This document shows positions 7,788 through 17,865 of a stretch of DNA of 32,000 nucleotides, piece by piece. The position numbers and the translations under genes are program-made. How positions within the stretch are numbered: position 1 is the stretch's first letter; each line of letters starts with the position of its first letter. The notes under the pieces were generated by a model. That model saw only the letters and a program-made list of their open reading frames with translations, did not search any database and had not been told where the DNA came from. The stretch is from Paracoccus suum (lineage in GTDB: Bacteria; Pseudomonadota; Alphaproteobacteria; Rhodobacterales; Rhodobacteraceae): positions 2,460,001 to 2,492,000 of the forward strand of contig NZ_CP030918.1 in NCBI RefSeq assembly GCF_003324675.1, in the 5' to 3' direction.

Positions 7788-9752
7788 CTAAACATCCAGC
7801 TCCTCGACGAACTTGGCGTTCTCGCTGATATACTGGAAGCGTAGCTCCGGCTTCTTGCCCATCAGGCGCTCGACCAGATCGCCGGTCTCGCCGCCATCCT
7901 CGTCGTCGATGCTGACCCGGATCAACTTGCGGGTCTTGGGGTTCATGGTGGTGTCCTTCAGGTCCTTGGCGTCCATTTCGCCCAAGCCCTTGAACCGCTG
8001 CACGTCGATCTTGCCCTTGCCGCCGAGGCCCTTGGCCAGCCAGAGCTCTTTCTCGGCATCATCGGCGACATAGATGCGCGCCGCGCCCTGAGTCAGGCGG
8101 TAAAGCGGCGGGCAGGCGAGGTAGAGGTGCCCCTTGTCGATCATGCCGCGCATCTGGGTAAAGAAAAACGTCATCAGCAGGCTGGCGATATGGGCGCCGT
8201 CCACATCGGCGTCGGTCATGATGATGATCTTGTCATAGCGCAGATCGTCGAGGACGAAGCGGCTGCCCATCCCGGTGCCGAGGGCCTGGCAGAGATCCGA
8301 CAGCTCCTGGTTGGCGCCCATTTTCGAGGAAGCGGCGCCCAGCACGTTCAGGATCTTGCCCTTCAGCGGCAGCAGCGCCTGCTTGGTGCGATCGCGCGCC
8401 ATTTTGGCGCTGCCACCGGCGCTGTCGCCTTCGACGATGAACAGTTCGGTCCCCTCGCGGTTGGTAGCGCTGCAATCGACCAGCTTGCCGGGCAGGCGCA
8501 GCTTCTTGGTCGCGGACTTGCGAGCGGTTTCCTTTTCCTGGCGGCGGCGCAGACGTTCCTCGGCGCGCAGGACCAGGAAATCCAGGATCGCGCCAGCTGA
8601 CTTGGGATCGGACACCAACCAGTTGTCAAAGTGATCGCGCACAGCGCCTTCGACCAGCCGGGCGGCGTCCGTGGTGGCGAGGCGGTCCTTGGTCTGGCCG
8701 ACGAATTCGGGATCGCGAATAAAGCAGGACACCAGGGCGCAACCGCCGGTCAGCAGGTCCTCGCGGGTGATCGCCTCGGCCTTGCGGTTCTTGATGCGCT
8801 CGCCATAGGCGCGCACGCCCTTGAGGATCGCAGACCAGAAGCCGGCCTCATGGGTGCCGCCCTCGGGGGTCGGCACGGTGTTGCAGTAGGACTGGATGAA
8901 GCCATCGCGCGCGGGGGTCCAGTTGATCGCCCAGTCGACCTTGCCCGGCACGCTAAACTTTTCGGCAAAATCGACGCTGCCGGCGAAGGGGCGGTCGGCA
9001 TAGATACTGACGGTGCTCAGTTGTTCGGCCAGGTAGTCGGCGAGGCCGCCGGGAAAATGAAACACGGCCTCGGCGGGGGTCTCGCCATCATCGATTTCGC
9101 TGCGCCAGCGGATCTCGACGCCACTGAACAGATAGGCCTTGGACTTGACCATGCGCATCATGCGCGCGGGCTTCAGCCGGTGGTGCCCAAAGATCTCCTC
9201 GTCGGGGTGGAAGGTGACCGTGGTGCCGCCCCGCTGCCGGGTCGGGCCGACCATTTCCACCGGCCCCTGCGGGATGCCGCGGCTGAAGGATTGCCGCCAT
9301 AGCTCGCGGTTGCGGGCGACCTCGACCACCATCCGGTCAGACAGCGCGTTGACAACCGAGGCACCGACGCCGTGGAGCCCCCCCGAGGTCTGGTAGGCGT
9401 CCCCCGAGAACTTGCCACCGGCATGCAGGGTGCACAGGATCACCTCCAGCGCGGATTTTCCGGGAAACTTCGGGTGTGGGTCGACCGGGATGCCCCGGCC
9501 ATCGTCGCGGACCGAGGCGCTGCCGTCGGCCATCAGGGTGACCTCGATCCGGCTTGCGTGGCCGGCGACGGCCTCGTCCATGCTGTTGTCGAGGATTTCG
9601 GCGACCAGGTGGTGCAGCGCGCGCTCGTCCGTGCCGCCGATATACATGCCTGGCCGCTTGCGCACCGGCTCCAGCCCCTCGAGCACCTCGATCGAGGCGG
9701 CAGAGTAGTTGTCGGCGGACAGGGTCGAGAGCAGGTCGGCGGGCATTGGCAA
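7788..9752 (-). CDS. parE: DNA topoisomerase IV subunit B
   Basis: GHKL ATPase N-box EILDNSMDEA, GLHGVGASVVNALS, Toprim EGDSAGGSA and IMTDADVDGAHI, PLKGKILNV. Its 654-aa length fits ParE rather than the ~800-aa GyrB. Confidence 0.9.
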   Translation of the reverse strand: MPMPADLLSTLSADNYSAASIEVLEGLEPVRKRPGMYIGGTDERALHHLVAEILDNSMDEAVAGHASRIEVTLMADGSASVRDDGRGIPVDPHPKFPGKSALEVILCTLHAGGKFSGDAYQTSGGLHGVGASVVNALSDRMVVEVARNRELWRQSFSRGIPQGPVEMVGPTRQRGGTTVTFHPDEEIFGHHRLKPARMMRMVKSKAYLFSGVEIRWRSEIDDGETPAEAVFHFPGGLADYLAEQLSTVSIYADRPFAGSVDFAEKFSVPGKVDWAINWTPARDGFIQSYCNTVPTPEGGTHEAGFWSAILKGVRAYGERIKNRKAEAITREDLLTGGCALVSCFIRDPEFVGQTKDRLATTDAARLVEGAVRDHFDNWLVSDPKSAGAILDFLVLRAEERLRRRQEKETARKSATKKLRLPGKLVDCSATNREGTELFIVEGDSAGGSAKMARDRTKQALLPLKGKILNVLGAASSKMGANQELSDLCQALGTGMGSRFVLDDLRYDKIIIMTDADVDGAHIASLLMTFFFTQMRGMIDKGHLYLACPPLYRLTQGAARIYVADDAEKELWLAKGLGGKGKIDVQRFKGLGEMDAKDLKDTTMNPKTRKLIRVSIDDEDGGETGDLVERLMGKKPELRFQYISENAKFVEELDV

Positions 9753-9832
9753 GGCCTTCGGTCAGGTCGCGGCGGGTAGGGGGTTATGGGACGATCCGGC
9801 CGGCGCGGCAACCGGGCTGGCCGGGCGGCGGT

Positions 9833-9940
9833 CTAGAAGAAGGGTTCGGTCTGCAACCAGCCCTCGCGCAGGACAAGCGCCGCGAGCGTGGCCGCGCCCA
9901 GTGCGAAGAGCGCGGCCAGCAGGGCGATGCGCCGCCTCAC
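9833..9940 (-). CDS. Candidate small membrane peptide (35 aa: V/MRRRIALLAALFALGAATLAALVLREGWLQTEPFF)
   Basis: Not in the ORF track because it is under 60 aa. The GTG start overlaps the GST stop as GTGA. It has a basic N-terminus followed by one hydrophobic helix. 32 of 35 third codon positions are G/C, like the real genes here. Confidence 0.3.
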   Translation of the reverse strand: MRRRIALLAALFALGAATLAALVLREGWLQTEPFF

Positions 9941-10596
9941 TCTGGCTCGGCGAGGCGCATCTGCCACATTTTCTCGAATGCGGGGCGGGCCTGGCAATTG
10001 GCCAGCCACGCAGTGATCGCGGGGAACTGGGCCATCAGGGGGCCATAGCCTTTCGCATAGCGGATGATCTCGGCCATGTTCAGATCCGCCACGGTAAAGC
10101 GCTCGCCCACCAGATGCCCGCGGGCGGCCAGATGGTTTTCCACCACGGTCATCGGCCGCACCAAGCGCTCGGCAGCCTCGGCCACGATGCCGGCGTCGGC
10201 GCCGTCCTGCGCCTGACCGGGGCGATGCAGCTTGAGCAGGGTCAGCGCGTCCTCCTCAATGGCGGTGGCACCGTAGAAGGCCCACTGGGTCATCAAGGCG
10301 GCCTCGGCCTCGTCCGCCGGACCGATCGGCGCGCCGGCGCGGCCGGCCAGATACAGCGTGCAGGCGAGGCTTTCCGACAGCACCAGGCCGTCGTCATCCA
10401 TCACCGGCACCGCGCCGGCCGGCGAGAGGCGCAGAAACTCGGGCGAGAGGGTGTTCAGCGGCGCGTCATCCGCGGTCGGATCCGCCAGGCGGTACGCCTG
10501 GATCACCGGCACATGGCGGAAGGGTAGGTCCAGCTCATGGCAGAGCCAGATGATGCGCGAGGCGCGCGAGCGGGCGACGCCGTAGAGGGTAAGCAT
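9937..10596 (-). CDS. Glutathione S-transferase family protein
   Basis: Thioredoxin-like N-domain (MLTLYGVARSRASRIIWLCHELDLPF, VPVMDDDGLVLSESLAC) and a helical C-domain. Confidence 0.8.
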   Translation of the reverse strand: MLTLYGVARSRASRIIWLCHELDLPFRHVPVIQAYRLADPTADDAPLNTLSPEFLRLSPAGAVPVMDDDGLVLSESLACTLYLAGRAGAPIGPADEAEAALMTQWAFYGATAIEEDALTLLKLHRPGQAQDGADAGIVAEAAERLVRPMTVVENHLAARGHLVGERFTVADLNMAEIIRYAKGYGPLMAQFPAITAWLANCQARPAFEKMWQMRLAEPE

Positions 10597-10680
10597 TGAG
10601 GCCTCCGTTGCCGTGATCGCGCCACGCTATGCGGTTGCCGCGGGCGGGGGAAGCGCCGGCTTGGGGACGGCGCGAGGCGG

Positions 10681-11748
10681 CTAGAGGTAGTCGTCGATGC
10701 CGCTGCCGCTCACCTCGGCGACATTGGCAAACCCCTCGCGCGCCAGCCGCTCGTCCAGCGCCTCGGCGATGCGGGGCGCCAGCGACAGGCCCTGATAGAC
10801 GAGGGCGGAATAGAGCTGCACCGCGGACGCACCGGCGCGCAGCTTGTCCCAGGCGTCCTCGGCCGAGGTGACGCCGCCGACGCCGATCAGCGGGATGCGC
10901 CCCGCCGTCAACCGGGCTAGGCGGGCGAGAATGGCGGTCGAGCGACCGAGCAGAGGCGCGCCGGACAGGCCGCCGGCCTCGGCAGCATGGGGTCCGCTGA
11001 CGCCATCGCGCGACAAGGTGGTGTTGGTGGCGATGATGGCGCTGACGCCGGAGTTGAGGGCGACCCCGGCGAGGTCCGCCAGCTCGGCCTCGCTCAGGTC
11101 CGGCGCGATCTTCAGCAGCACCGGCACGCCCGGGGCGAGGCGGTCGCGGGTCGCCAAAACGCCGGCCAGCAGCGCCTCCAGCGCCGCCGGGCCCTGCAGA
11201 TCGCGCAGCCGCTCGGTGTTAGGCGAACTGACGTTGACGGTCAGGAAATCGACCGCGTGGCCAGCCTCGGCCACTACCGCAGAAAAGTCGGCCGCGCGGT
11301 CGGGGCTGTCCTTGTTGGCGCCGATGTTCAGCCCGACCGGCACCGCGAAGGGCCTGCCGGCGGCAAGCCGGGCGGCGATCATTGCCGCGCCGTCATTGTT
11401 GAAGCCGAAGCGGTTGATGATCGCGCCTTCGGCGGACAGGCGGAACAGCCGCGGGCGCGGGTTGCCGGGCTGCGCCCGCGGGGTCGCGGCGCCCACCTCG
11501 ACAAAGCCGAAGCCCGCGCGCGACAGCTCTTCCGCGACAACTGCATTCTTGTCGAAGCCTGCCGCCAGCCCGACCGGGTTCGGCAGCGTCATGCCCGCCA
11601 GTTGCGTGACCAGCCGGTCTGAGGTCACCGGCCCGCCGTGCAGGGGCGCCAGCCCCCGCGCGAGGGCTGAAATCGCGAGTTGATGGGCCGTTTCCGGCGG
11701 TAGCCGATGCAAAGCGGCAAGCCCAAGGCGTTCGCGCAGATGGGTCAC
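10681..11748 (-). CDS. pyrD: Dihydroorotate dehydrogenase (quinone), class 2
   Basis: [37 protein letters not shown] motifs. Start set at GTG 11748, which overlaps the DUF952 stop as GTGA. The upstream part of the 455-aa ORF overlaps the DUF952 gene. Confidence 0.88.
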   Translation of the reverse strand: MTHLRERLGLAALHRLPPETAHQLAISALARGLAPLHGGPVTSDRLVTQLAGMTLPNPVGLAAGFDKNAVVAEELSRAGFGFVEVGAATPRAQPGNPRPRLFRLSAEGAIINRFGFNNDGAAMIAARLAAGRPFAVPVGLNIGANKDSPDRAADFSAVVAEAGHAVDFLTVNVSSPNTERLRDLQGPAALEALLAGVLATRDRLAPGVPVLLKIAPDLSEAELADLAGVALNSGVSAIIATNTTLSRDGVSGPHAAEAGGLSGAPLLGRSTAILARLARLTAGRIPLIGVGGVTSAEDAWDKLRAGASAVQLYSALVYQGLSLAPRIAEALDERLAREGFANVAEVSGSGIDDYL

Positions 11749-12080
11749 GTCAGATCGCCCAGGACATGCCCCTCGGGACCTAGCGGCAGGCGGCGCGACC
11801 AGACCAGATCCTCCATCGTCAGGGCGCGGTAGAGATGCGGGAACAGATCGCCGCCACGCGCCGGCTCCCACTGCAGGGCCTGGCCGAGGGCGTCCGCATC
11901 GAACGCCGCGAGGATCAACCCGTCCTCGCGCGTGAAATGCTTGGCGGCGGTGGCCGCCAGTTGCTCGGCGGTCGAGAAATGGATGTAGCCATCGCTTACA
12001 TCGATCGGCGCGCCTGTAAAGCGGCCGGTATTCTCGTAAGCGTCCCATTCATCCGGGCGCAGGATTTTGAAGATCAGCAT
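11745..12080 (-). CDS. DUF952 domain-containing protein
   Basis: [40 protein letters not shown] matches the DUF952 pattern as I recall it. Start at ATG 12080. Confidence 0.75.
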   Translation of the reverse strand: MLIFKILRPDEWDAYENTGRFTGAPIDVSDGYIHFSTAEQLAATAAKHFTREDGLILAAFDADALGQALQWEPARGGDLFPHLYRALTMEDLVWSRRLPLGPEGHVLGDLT

Positions 12081-12222
12081 GGGCCCGGTTCTGCGGTCTG
12101 GCGGCCGGGCGGTCAAGGCGTCACACCTGTGTCATCGCCCAAGGCTAGCCCTTCGGCGGCTTGACCGCCGGGACAGACTGGCGCCTGATCAGCCGCATGA
12201 CCGTGACGAAAGGTGCCGACCG

Positions 12223-13824
12223 ATGATCCGACTCCTCGCCTCGACCGCCGTATTCGCGCTGCTGGGTAGCGCCGCGCAGGCCGATTACGTGCTGCATGTG
12301 TTGCACACCAACGACCTGCACAGCCGCATCGAGCAAATCAACGACAAGGACAGCACCTGTGACGCCGAATCCGATGCCAAGGGCGAGTGCTTTGGTGGCG
12401 TCGCCCGCGTGGCGGCAAAGGCCCGCGAGCTGCGTGACCAGATCAAGGCCGAGGGCGGCAACGCGATCCTGATCGACGCCGGGGACCAGTACCAAGGCAG
12501 CCTGTTCTACACGACCTACAAGGGCGCCGACACGGTAGAGTTCATGAACGCCATCGGCTACGACGCCATGGCGGTCGGCAACCACGAGTTCGACGACGGC
12601 CCCGAGGGGCTGGCGGTGCTGTTGAACGGCGCCAAGTTCCCGGTCCTGTCGGGCAACCTGGATGTCTCGCAGTCCAACATCCTCAAGGACAAGTTGAAGG
12701 ACACGGTGGTGCTGGATGTCGGCGGCCAAAAGATCGGCCTCGTTTCTGCGCTCGCCATGGATACGCCAGAGACCAGCTCACCCGGCGCCTCTGTGATCTT
12801 TCAGGACGACCTCGACAGCCTCAAGGGTGACGTTCAGGCGCTGACTGACGAGGGTGTCAACAAGATCATCGCGCTGACCCATGTCGGCTATCTGCGCGAT
12901 CAGGACATCGCCGCGCAGGTGCCGGGTCTCGATGCCGTGGTCGGCGGTCACAGCCATACGCTGCTTGGCGGCATGGAGGGCGCGGCGGGTCCCTATCCGA
13001 CCATGGTCAAGGGACCGGACGGCACCGAGGTGCCAGTGGTCACCGCCTATTCCTATTCGAAATACCTCGGCCATCTTATTCTGACCTTTGATGATTCCGG
13101 TAAGCTGCTGAAGGCCGAGGGCGCGCCGGCGCTGCTGGACGCCTCGGTCAAGCCGGATGAGGCCATCGCCGCCCGCGTCAAGGAGATGGCGGCCCCGATC
13201 GAGGCGCTGCGCAACAAGCAGGTGGCCGAGACCGCGGCGCCGATCGACGGCGGTCGCGAGACCTGCCGGGCGAAGGAGTGCGAGATGGGCGATCTGGTGG
13301 CCGACGCCATGCTGGATCGGGTCAAGGGGCAGGGCGTGACCATCGCCATCCAGAACGGGGGCGGCCTGCGCGCCTCGATCGACGCCGGGCCGATGACCAT
13401 GGGCGAGGTGTATTCCGTCCTGCCGTTCCAGAACACGCTGTCGACATTCGAGGCGCCCGGCTCGTCCGTCCTCGCGGCGCTGGAGAACGGCGCCAGCCAG
13501 TACGAGGAGGCCGCGGGCCGGTTCGCGCAGGTGGCCGGCCTGAAATACACCGTTGATCCCAAGGCCGAGGTCGGCAAGCGGATCAGCGATGTGCAGGTGC
13601 AGGCGGCGGATGGCAGCTGGGGGCCGATCTCACCCTCGGCGGACTACAAGATCGTCACCAACAACTACATGCGCGGCGGCGGCGACGGCTACAAGATGTT
13701 CGCCACCGACGGCAAGAACGCCTATGACTACGGCCCCGACCTGGCCGAAGTGCTGGCGGATTACGTCTCGAAGCTGGGGCCGGACTACGCGCCCAAGCTG
13801 GATGGGCGCATCACCGTCAAGTAA
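12223..13824 (+). CDS. Secreted bifunctional metallophosphatase / 5'-nucleotidase (UshA-like)
   Basis: Signal peptide MIRLLASTAVFALLGSAAQA. Metallophosphoesterase motifs LHTNDLHSR, DAGDQYQG, GNHEFD, GGHSH. C-terminal 5'-nucleotidase domain. Confidence 0.88.
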   Translation: MIRLLASTAVFALLGSAAQADYVLHVLHTNDLHSRIEQINDKDSTCDAESDAKGECFGGVARVAAKARELRDQIKAEGGNAILIDAGDQYQGSLFYTTYKGADTVEFMNAIGYDAMAVGNHEFDDGPEGLAVLLNGAKFPVLSGNLDVSQSNILKDKLKDTVVLDVGGQKIGLVSALAMDTPETSSPGASVIFQDDLDSLKGDVQALTDEGVNKIIALTHVGYLRDQDIAAQVPGLDAVVGGHSHTLLGGMEGAAGPYPTMVKGPDGTEVPVVTAYSYSKYLGHLILTFDDSGKLLKAEGAPALLDASVKPDEAIAARVKEMAAPIEALRNKQVAETAAPIDGGRETCRAKECEMGDLVADAMLDRVKGQGVTIAIQNGGGLRASIDAGPMTMGEVYSVLPFQNTLSTFEAPGSSVLAALENGASQYEEAAGRFAQVAGLKYTVDPKAEVGKRISDVQVQAADGSWGPISPSADYKIVTNNYMRGGGDGYKMFATDGKNAYDYGPDLAEVLADYVSKLGPDYAPKLDGRITVK

Positions 13825-13840
13825 GACGGACGCACCGGTG

Positions 13841-13875
13841 CAACAGGGGGCGTAATCGCCCCCTGTTGCTTTTCC
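13841..13875 (+). terminator. Rho-independent terminator between convergent genes
   Basis: Perfect 12-bp stem caacagggggcg / cgccccctgttg with a taat loop, followed by cttttcc. An A-rich run lies on the other side, so it may act in both directions. Confidence 0.75.
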
Positions 13876-13897
13876 TACCGTTGCTTTCCGCACTGGC

Positions 13898-14881
13898 CTA
13901 CTTCAGCGCCTTGTCCGTGATCGCATGGCTCCAGGCGCCCTCGGGCACCTTCGAGATCACGGGATCAGAGCCGCCCGCCATCAGCGTGTCCACCGTGCGC
14001 TTGGCGTCGGCATCGTCCAGCGCGCCGTTGCTGCCGGCCGTCAGCTTCGCAACCTCACCCATCATAAACTTCTGGTGCGCCAGCGTCTGGGCGCCGGTCT
14101 CGTCGTTTTCCATGACGATGTCGGCGGCCTCGTCCGGATGCTCCTCGGCGTATTTCCAACCCTTCATGCTGGCGCGCACGAAGCGGACAAGCTTGTCCTC
14201 CATCGCCGGGTCGGCGAGGTTGGCGGCGGTGGTGTAAAGCCCGTCTTCCAGCGTGGCGACGCCCTGGTCCTCGTATTTGAAGGTCACCAGATCCTCGGGC
14301 TTGATCCCGGCATCCAGCACCTGGCCATATTCGTTATAGGTCATGGTGCTGATGCAGGCCGCCTGCTTTTGCAGCAGCGGATCGACGTTGAAGCCCTGCT
14401 TGAGGACCGTGACCCCATCCGGGCCGCCATCCGTCTTCAGTCCCAGATGGCTCATCCACGACAGGAACGGGTACTCGTTGCCCGAGAACCAGACCCCCAG
14501 TGTCTTGCCCTTGAAGTCGGTCTTGGGGTCGGTGATCCCGCTTTCCTTGAGGCAGGTCAGCATCATGCCCGATTTCTTGAACGGCTGAGCGATGTTGACG
14601 ATATCGAGGCCCTTTTCGCGGGCCGCGAGGGCCGCCGGCATCCATTCCACCGTCACATCCGCGCCGCCGCCGGCCATGACCTGCACGGGGGCGATGTCGG
14701 GGCCGCCCGGCTTGATCGTCACGTCAAGATTCTCTTCGTCGTAAAAGCCCTTGTCCTTGGCCACGTAATAGCCGGCGAACTGGGCCTGCGTGACCCATTT
14801 CAGCTGCAGCGTCAGCGGGTCGGCGGCATGGGTCGCCGTCCCCAGCAACGCCATCGCGGTACCCAGCATCAGTCGTTTCAT
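13898..14881 (-). CDS. ABC transporter substrate-binding protein (NMT1/THI5-like, NitT/TauT family)
   Basis: Signal peptide MKRLMLGTAMALLGTATHA, then LQLKWVTQAQFAGYYVAKDKGFY. GGAGG Shine-Dalgarno sequence upstream of ATG 14881. Confidence 0.85.
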   Translation of the reverse strand: MKRLMLGTAMALLGTATHAADPLTLQLKWVTQAQFAGYYVAKDKGFYDEENLDVTIKPGGPDIAPVQVMAGGGADVTVEWMPAALAAREKGLDIVNIAQPFKKSGMMLTCLKESGITDPKTDFKGKTLGVWFSGNEYPFLSWMSHLGLKTDGGPDGVTVLKQGFNVDPLLQKQAACISTMTYNEYGQVLDAGIKPEDLVTFKYEDQGVATLEDGLYTTAANLADPAMEDKLVRFVRASMKGWKYAEEHPDEAADIVMENDETGAQTLAHQKFMMGEVAKLTAGSNGALDDADAKRTVDTLMAGGSDPVISKVPEGAWSHAITDKALK

Positions 14882-14914
14882 GATCGTTCCTCCCCCTGAG
14901 GTCATGGCTTGATT

Positions 14915-15754
14915 TCAGCGCCGTCGTTGCGAGGGATGCCAGAACGTCGCGCGTCCCTCGATCCACGCGACGATACCGTAGAAGGCCGAGCCGGCGAGGG
15001 CCGCGACAAGGATTTCCGCCCAGACGAGGCCCAGATCCAGCTTTCCCACGGCGGTCGAGATGCGAAAGCCCATGCCGCGAGTCGGACTGCCAAAGAATTC
15101 CGCAACGATGGCACCGATCAGCGCGAGCGTGGTGGTGATTTTGAGGCCGTTGAACAAAAACGGCAGCGCGGCGGGCAGGCGCATGCTCCACAGCCCGCGC
15201 CAGTAGCCCGCGCCCCAGGTCGCCATCAGGTCGCGCTGCAGCGCGTCGGTCGCGGCCAGGCCGGCGACCATGTTCACAAGGATCGGAAAGAACACCATGA
15301 CCACGACGACGGCGGCCTTTGACTGCCAGTCAAAGCCGAACCACATGACCAGGATCGGGGCGATGCCAACGATTGGCAGAGCGGCGACAAAGTTCCCTAC
15401 CGGCAGCAGCCCGCGCTGCAGAAAGTCCGAGCGGTCGATGGCGATGGCCGTGACGACGGCCGCAAGTGCGCCGATGATCCAGCCCGACAGCGCGCCCTTC
15501 AGGATCGTCTGGACGAAATCACCCCAGAGCAGAGGCAGATTTCCTGTGAAGCTAGCCCAGATGGCCGAAGGAGCAGGCAGGATCACCGCCGGAATGGCGA
15601 AATACCGGCAGGCAAGTTCCCATAGCAGAAGGATTGTCAGCCCGAACACTGCCGCGACGGAGAGGCGGCTGGCGCGGCTGCCGATCCGGGCCAGCCACAG
15701 GTTGATCGCCATGCCGACGGCCCAGACCGCAACGAGGGGCAGTGCCGCGCTCAC
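14915..15754 (-). CDS. ABC transporter permease (NitT/TauT family), second of two
   Basis: Six-TM profile with an EAA-type loop WGAGYWRGLWSMRLPAALPFLFNGLK. GTG 15754 overlaps the upstream permease stop as GTGA. An ATG 14 codons downstream is an alternative start. Confidence 0.8.
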   Translation of the reverse strand: MSAALPLVAVWAVGMAINLWLARIGSRASRLSVAAVFGLTILLLWELACRYFAIPAVILPAPSAIWASFTGNLPLLWGDFVQTILKGALSGWIIGALAAVVTAIAIDRSDFLQRGLLPVGNFVAALPIVGIAPILVMWFGFDWQSKAAVVVVMVFFPILVNMVAGLAATDALQRDLMATWGAGYWRGLWSMRLPAALPFLFNGLKITTTLALIGAIVAEFFGSPTRGMGFRISTAVGKLDLGLVWAEILVAALAGSAFYGIVAWIEGRATFWHPSQRRR

Positions 15755-16614
15755 CGTGCCAGCCCCATGCCGCGCAGCACCAGCCGCTCGATCAGGCCCA
15801 GCGCCATGACCAGCAGCGCGGCCAGTGCGGCCGCGGTCAGCAGCGCCGCCCAGATCTGGATGGTCTGGCCGTAGTACGAACCCGACAGCAGCCTTGCGCC
15901 AAGGCCCTGCGAGGCGCCCGCCGGCAGCTCGCCCACGATCGCCCCCACTAGAGCGGCCGCGATGGCAACCTTGAGCGACGCGAACAGGTAGGGCAGCGAG
16001 GCCGGCAGCCGCAGGTGCCAGAAGGTCTGGGCGCGGCTCGCGCTCCAGGATCGCATCTGGTCCAGCTGCATCGCCTCGGGCGCACGCAGGCCTTTGACCA
16101 TGCCGACCAACACCGGAAAGAACGAGAGCCAGGCGGAAATGATCGCCTTGGGCACCAGCCCGGTCACGCCGATGCTGGCCATTACCACGATCACCATCGG
16201 CGCGATGGCGAGGATGGGGACGGTCTGGCTGGCCACCGCCCAAGGCATGACCGACTGGTCCATGACCCGGCTATGCACGATCCCCACCGCCAGCAACACG
16301 CCGGCAAGGCTGCCGATGGCGAACCCTGCCAGCGTCGCCGACAGCGTGACCCAGCCATGCCAGACGAGGCTGCGTTTCGAGGTGATCTTTTGTTTCGCGA
16401 TCCCGTCCCACAACCCCGCGGCAACCTGATGCGGGGCGGGCAGGACCGGACGCTCAAGGCTCATGGTCTCGCGCAGAAGCTGCCCGGTAGTTACCGTCTG
16501 ATTCGCGCGCGCCGCTTGATCGCGCACCCAAGCGGCGTTCATCATGGCGGCCGCGAGATACCAGATCGCGACGATCGCCAGCAGCACCGTGAGGACCGGC
16601 AGCGCACGCCTCAT
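15751..16614 (-). CDS. ABC transporter permease (NitT/TauT family), first of two
   Basis: EAA-type loop WSASRAQTFWHLRLPASLPYLFASLK. ATG 16614 overlaps the GNAT stop as ATGA. Confidence 0.8.
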   Translation of the reverse strand: MRRALPVLTVLLAIVAIWYLAAAMMNAAWVRDQAARANQTVTTGQLLRETMSLERPVLPAPHQVAAGLWDGIAKQKITSKRSLVWHGWVTLSATLAGFAIGSLAGVLLAVGIVHSRVMDQSVMPWAVASQTVPILAIAPMVIVVMASIGVTGLVPKAIISAWLSFFPVLVGMVKGLRAPEAMQLDQMRSWSASRAQTFWHLRLPASLPYLFASLKVAIAAALVGAIVGELPAGASQGLGARLLSGSYYGQTIQIWAALLTAAALAALLVMALGLIERLVLRGMGLAR

Positions 16615-17075
16615 GGGGCGTCCCACCGGTACTGGACGTCCGGCATGCATTCGTCGTTGTCGCCCGCCGTGCGGTCGGTCAGGCGAAAACCCTCGCGCAG
16701 ATAGAACCGGCGCGCGGCCTTGTTCGCCTCGAATGCCCAGAGCGTGAGGTGATGGTGCCGGGCCTTGGCGACGTTCAGCAGCGCCGCGCCGATCCCGCCG
16801 CCGCGCCTGTCAACGAAAAGCGACGTGACCTCGCGCTCCGCCGGCAGAAAGGCCATGAACCCGGCGACCTCACCGGCGGCCTCCGCGACCGTGACCTCCT
16901 GAGACGGGAAGACATCCTCACGATAGTGGCGGACGACCTCGGCTTCGCTGCGGGCGCGAGGCAGCCACGGCTCGCGGTCGATCCAGTCGTTGACGATCCG
17001 CGCGCAGTCGCGGGCGTCAAACGCGCGGCCTGGGCGCAGCGTGAATGGCCGCAGGAGGGGGACCGCGTCAGTCAT
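16611..17075 (-). CDS. GNAT family N-acetyltransferase
   Basis: Acetyl-CoA motif A FVDRRGGGIGAALL, followed by NKAARRFYLREGF. ATG 17075 overlaps the end of the ATPase gene (ATGACTGA). Confidence 0.8.
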   Translation of the reverse strand: MTDAVPLLRPFTLRPGRAFDARDCARIVNDWIDREPWLPRARSEAEVVRHYREDVFPSQEVTVAEAAGEVAGFMAFLPAEREVTSLFVDRRGGGIGAALLNVAKARHHHLTLWAFEANKAARRFYLREGFRLTDRTAGDNDECMPDVQYRWDAP

Positions 17076-17865
17076 AGCTGTGCCCGGCGCGCAGCCCCTC
17101 GCGGACACGGTGCGCCACGGCGATGAAGTCGGCCGAATCGCGAATTTCCAGCGGCCGCTCGGCGGGCAAGGGGCTGTCGATGATGTCGATGATCCGGCCT
17201 GGGCGGGGCGACATAACGACGATCCGGGTCGACAGGTACACCGCCTCGGGGATCGAATGGGTGACGAACAGCATGGTCTTGCCGGTCTGCGCCCAAAGCG
17301 CACGCAACGCCTCATTCAGGCGGTCGCGGACGATCTCGTCCAGGGCGCCGAAGGGCTCGTCCATCAACAAAAGGTCGGCATCGAACGACAGCGCGCGGGC
17401 AATCGAGGCGCGTTGCTGCATGCCGCCCGACAACTGCCAGGGGTACTTGCCGCCAAAGCCGGCAAGGTCCACCAGGTCGAGGACCCGCGCCGTGCGTGCC
17501 TGCCGCTCGGCGCGCGAAAACCCCATGATCTCAAGCGGCAGGGCGATGTTCGCCGCGATAGTCCGCCAAGGGTAAAGGCCCGGCGCCTGAAAAACATAAC
17601 CGTAGGCCCGCGCCCGTCGCGCGTCATCGGCCGGCATGCCGTTGACCAGCAGACTGCCCGAGGTCGGCGCCTCGAGCGCCGCAATGCAACGAAGCAACGT
17701 CGTTTTGCCGCAGCCGGACGGGCCGATGAAGCTGACGAATTCGCCACGTGCGATCGTCAGATCAACCCCTTTCAGCGCATGGACCGGGCCGTCTGAGGTC
17801 GGAAAGGTCAGATCGACGCCGCGTGCGGCGACCACGGGGCCGGTGGTGACGCTGCCTGCCGTCAC
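17068..17865 (-). CDS. ABC transporter ATP-binding protein (NitT/TauT family)
   Basis: Walker A GPSGCGKTT, signature LSGGMQQRA, Walker B LLLMDEPFGALD, H-loop VTHSIPEA. Confidence 0.88.
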   Translation of the reverse strand: MTAGSVTTGPVVAARGVDLTFPTSDGPVHALKGVDLTIARGEFVSFIGPSGCGKTTLLRCIAALEAPTSGSLLVNGMPADDARRARAYGYVFQAPGLYPWRTIAANIALPLEIMGFSRAERQARTARVLDLVDLAGFGGKYPWQLSGGMQQRASIARALSFDADLLLMDEPFGALDEIVRDRLNEALRALWAQTGKTMLFVTHSIPEAVYLSTRIVVMSPRPGRIIDIIDSPLPAERPLEIRDSADFIAVAHRVREGLRAGHSYD

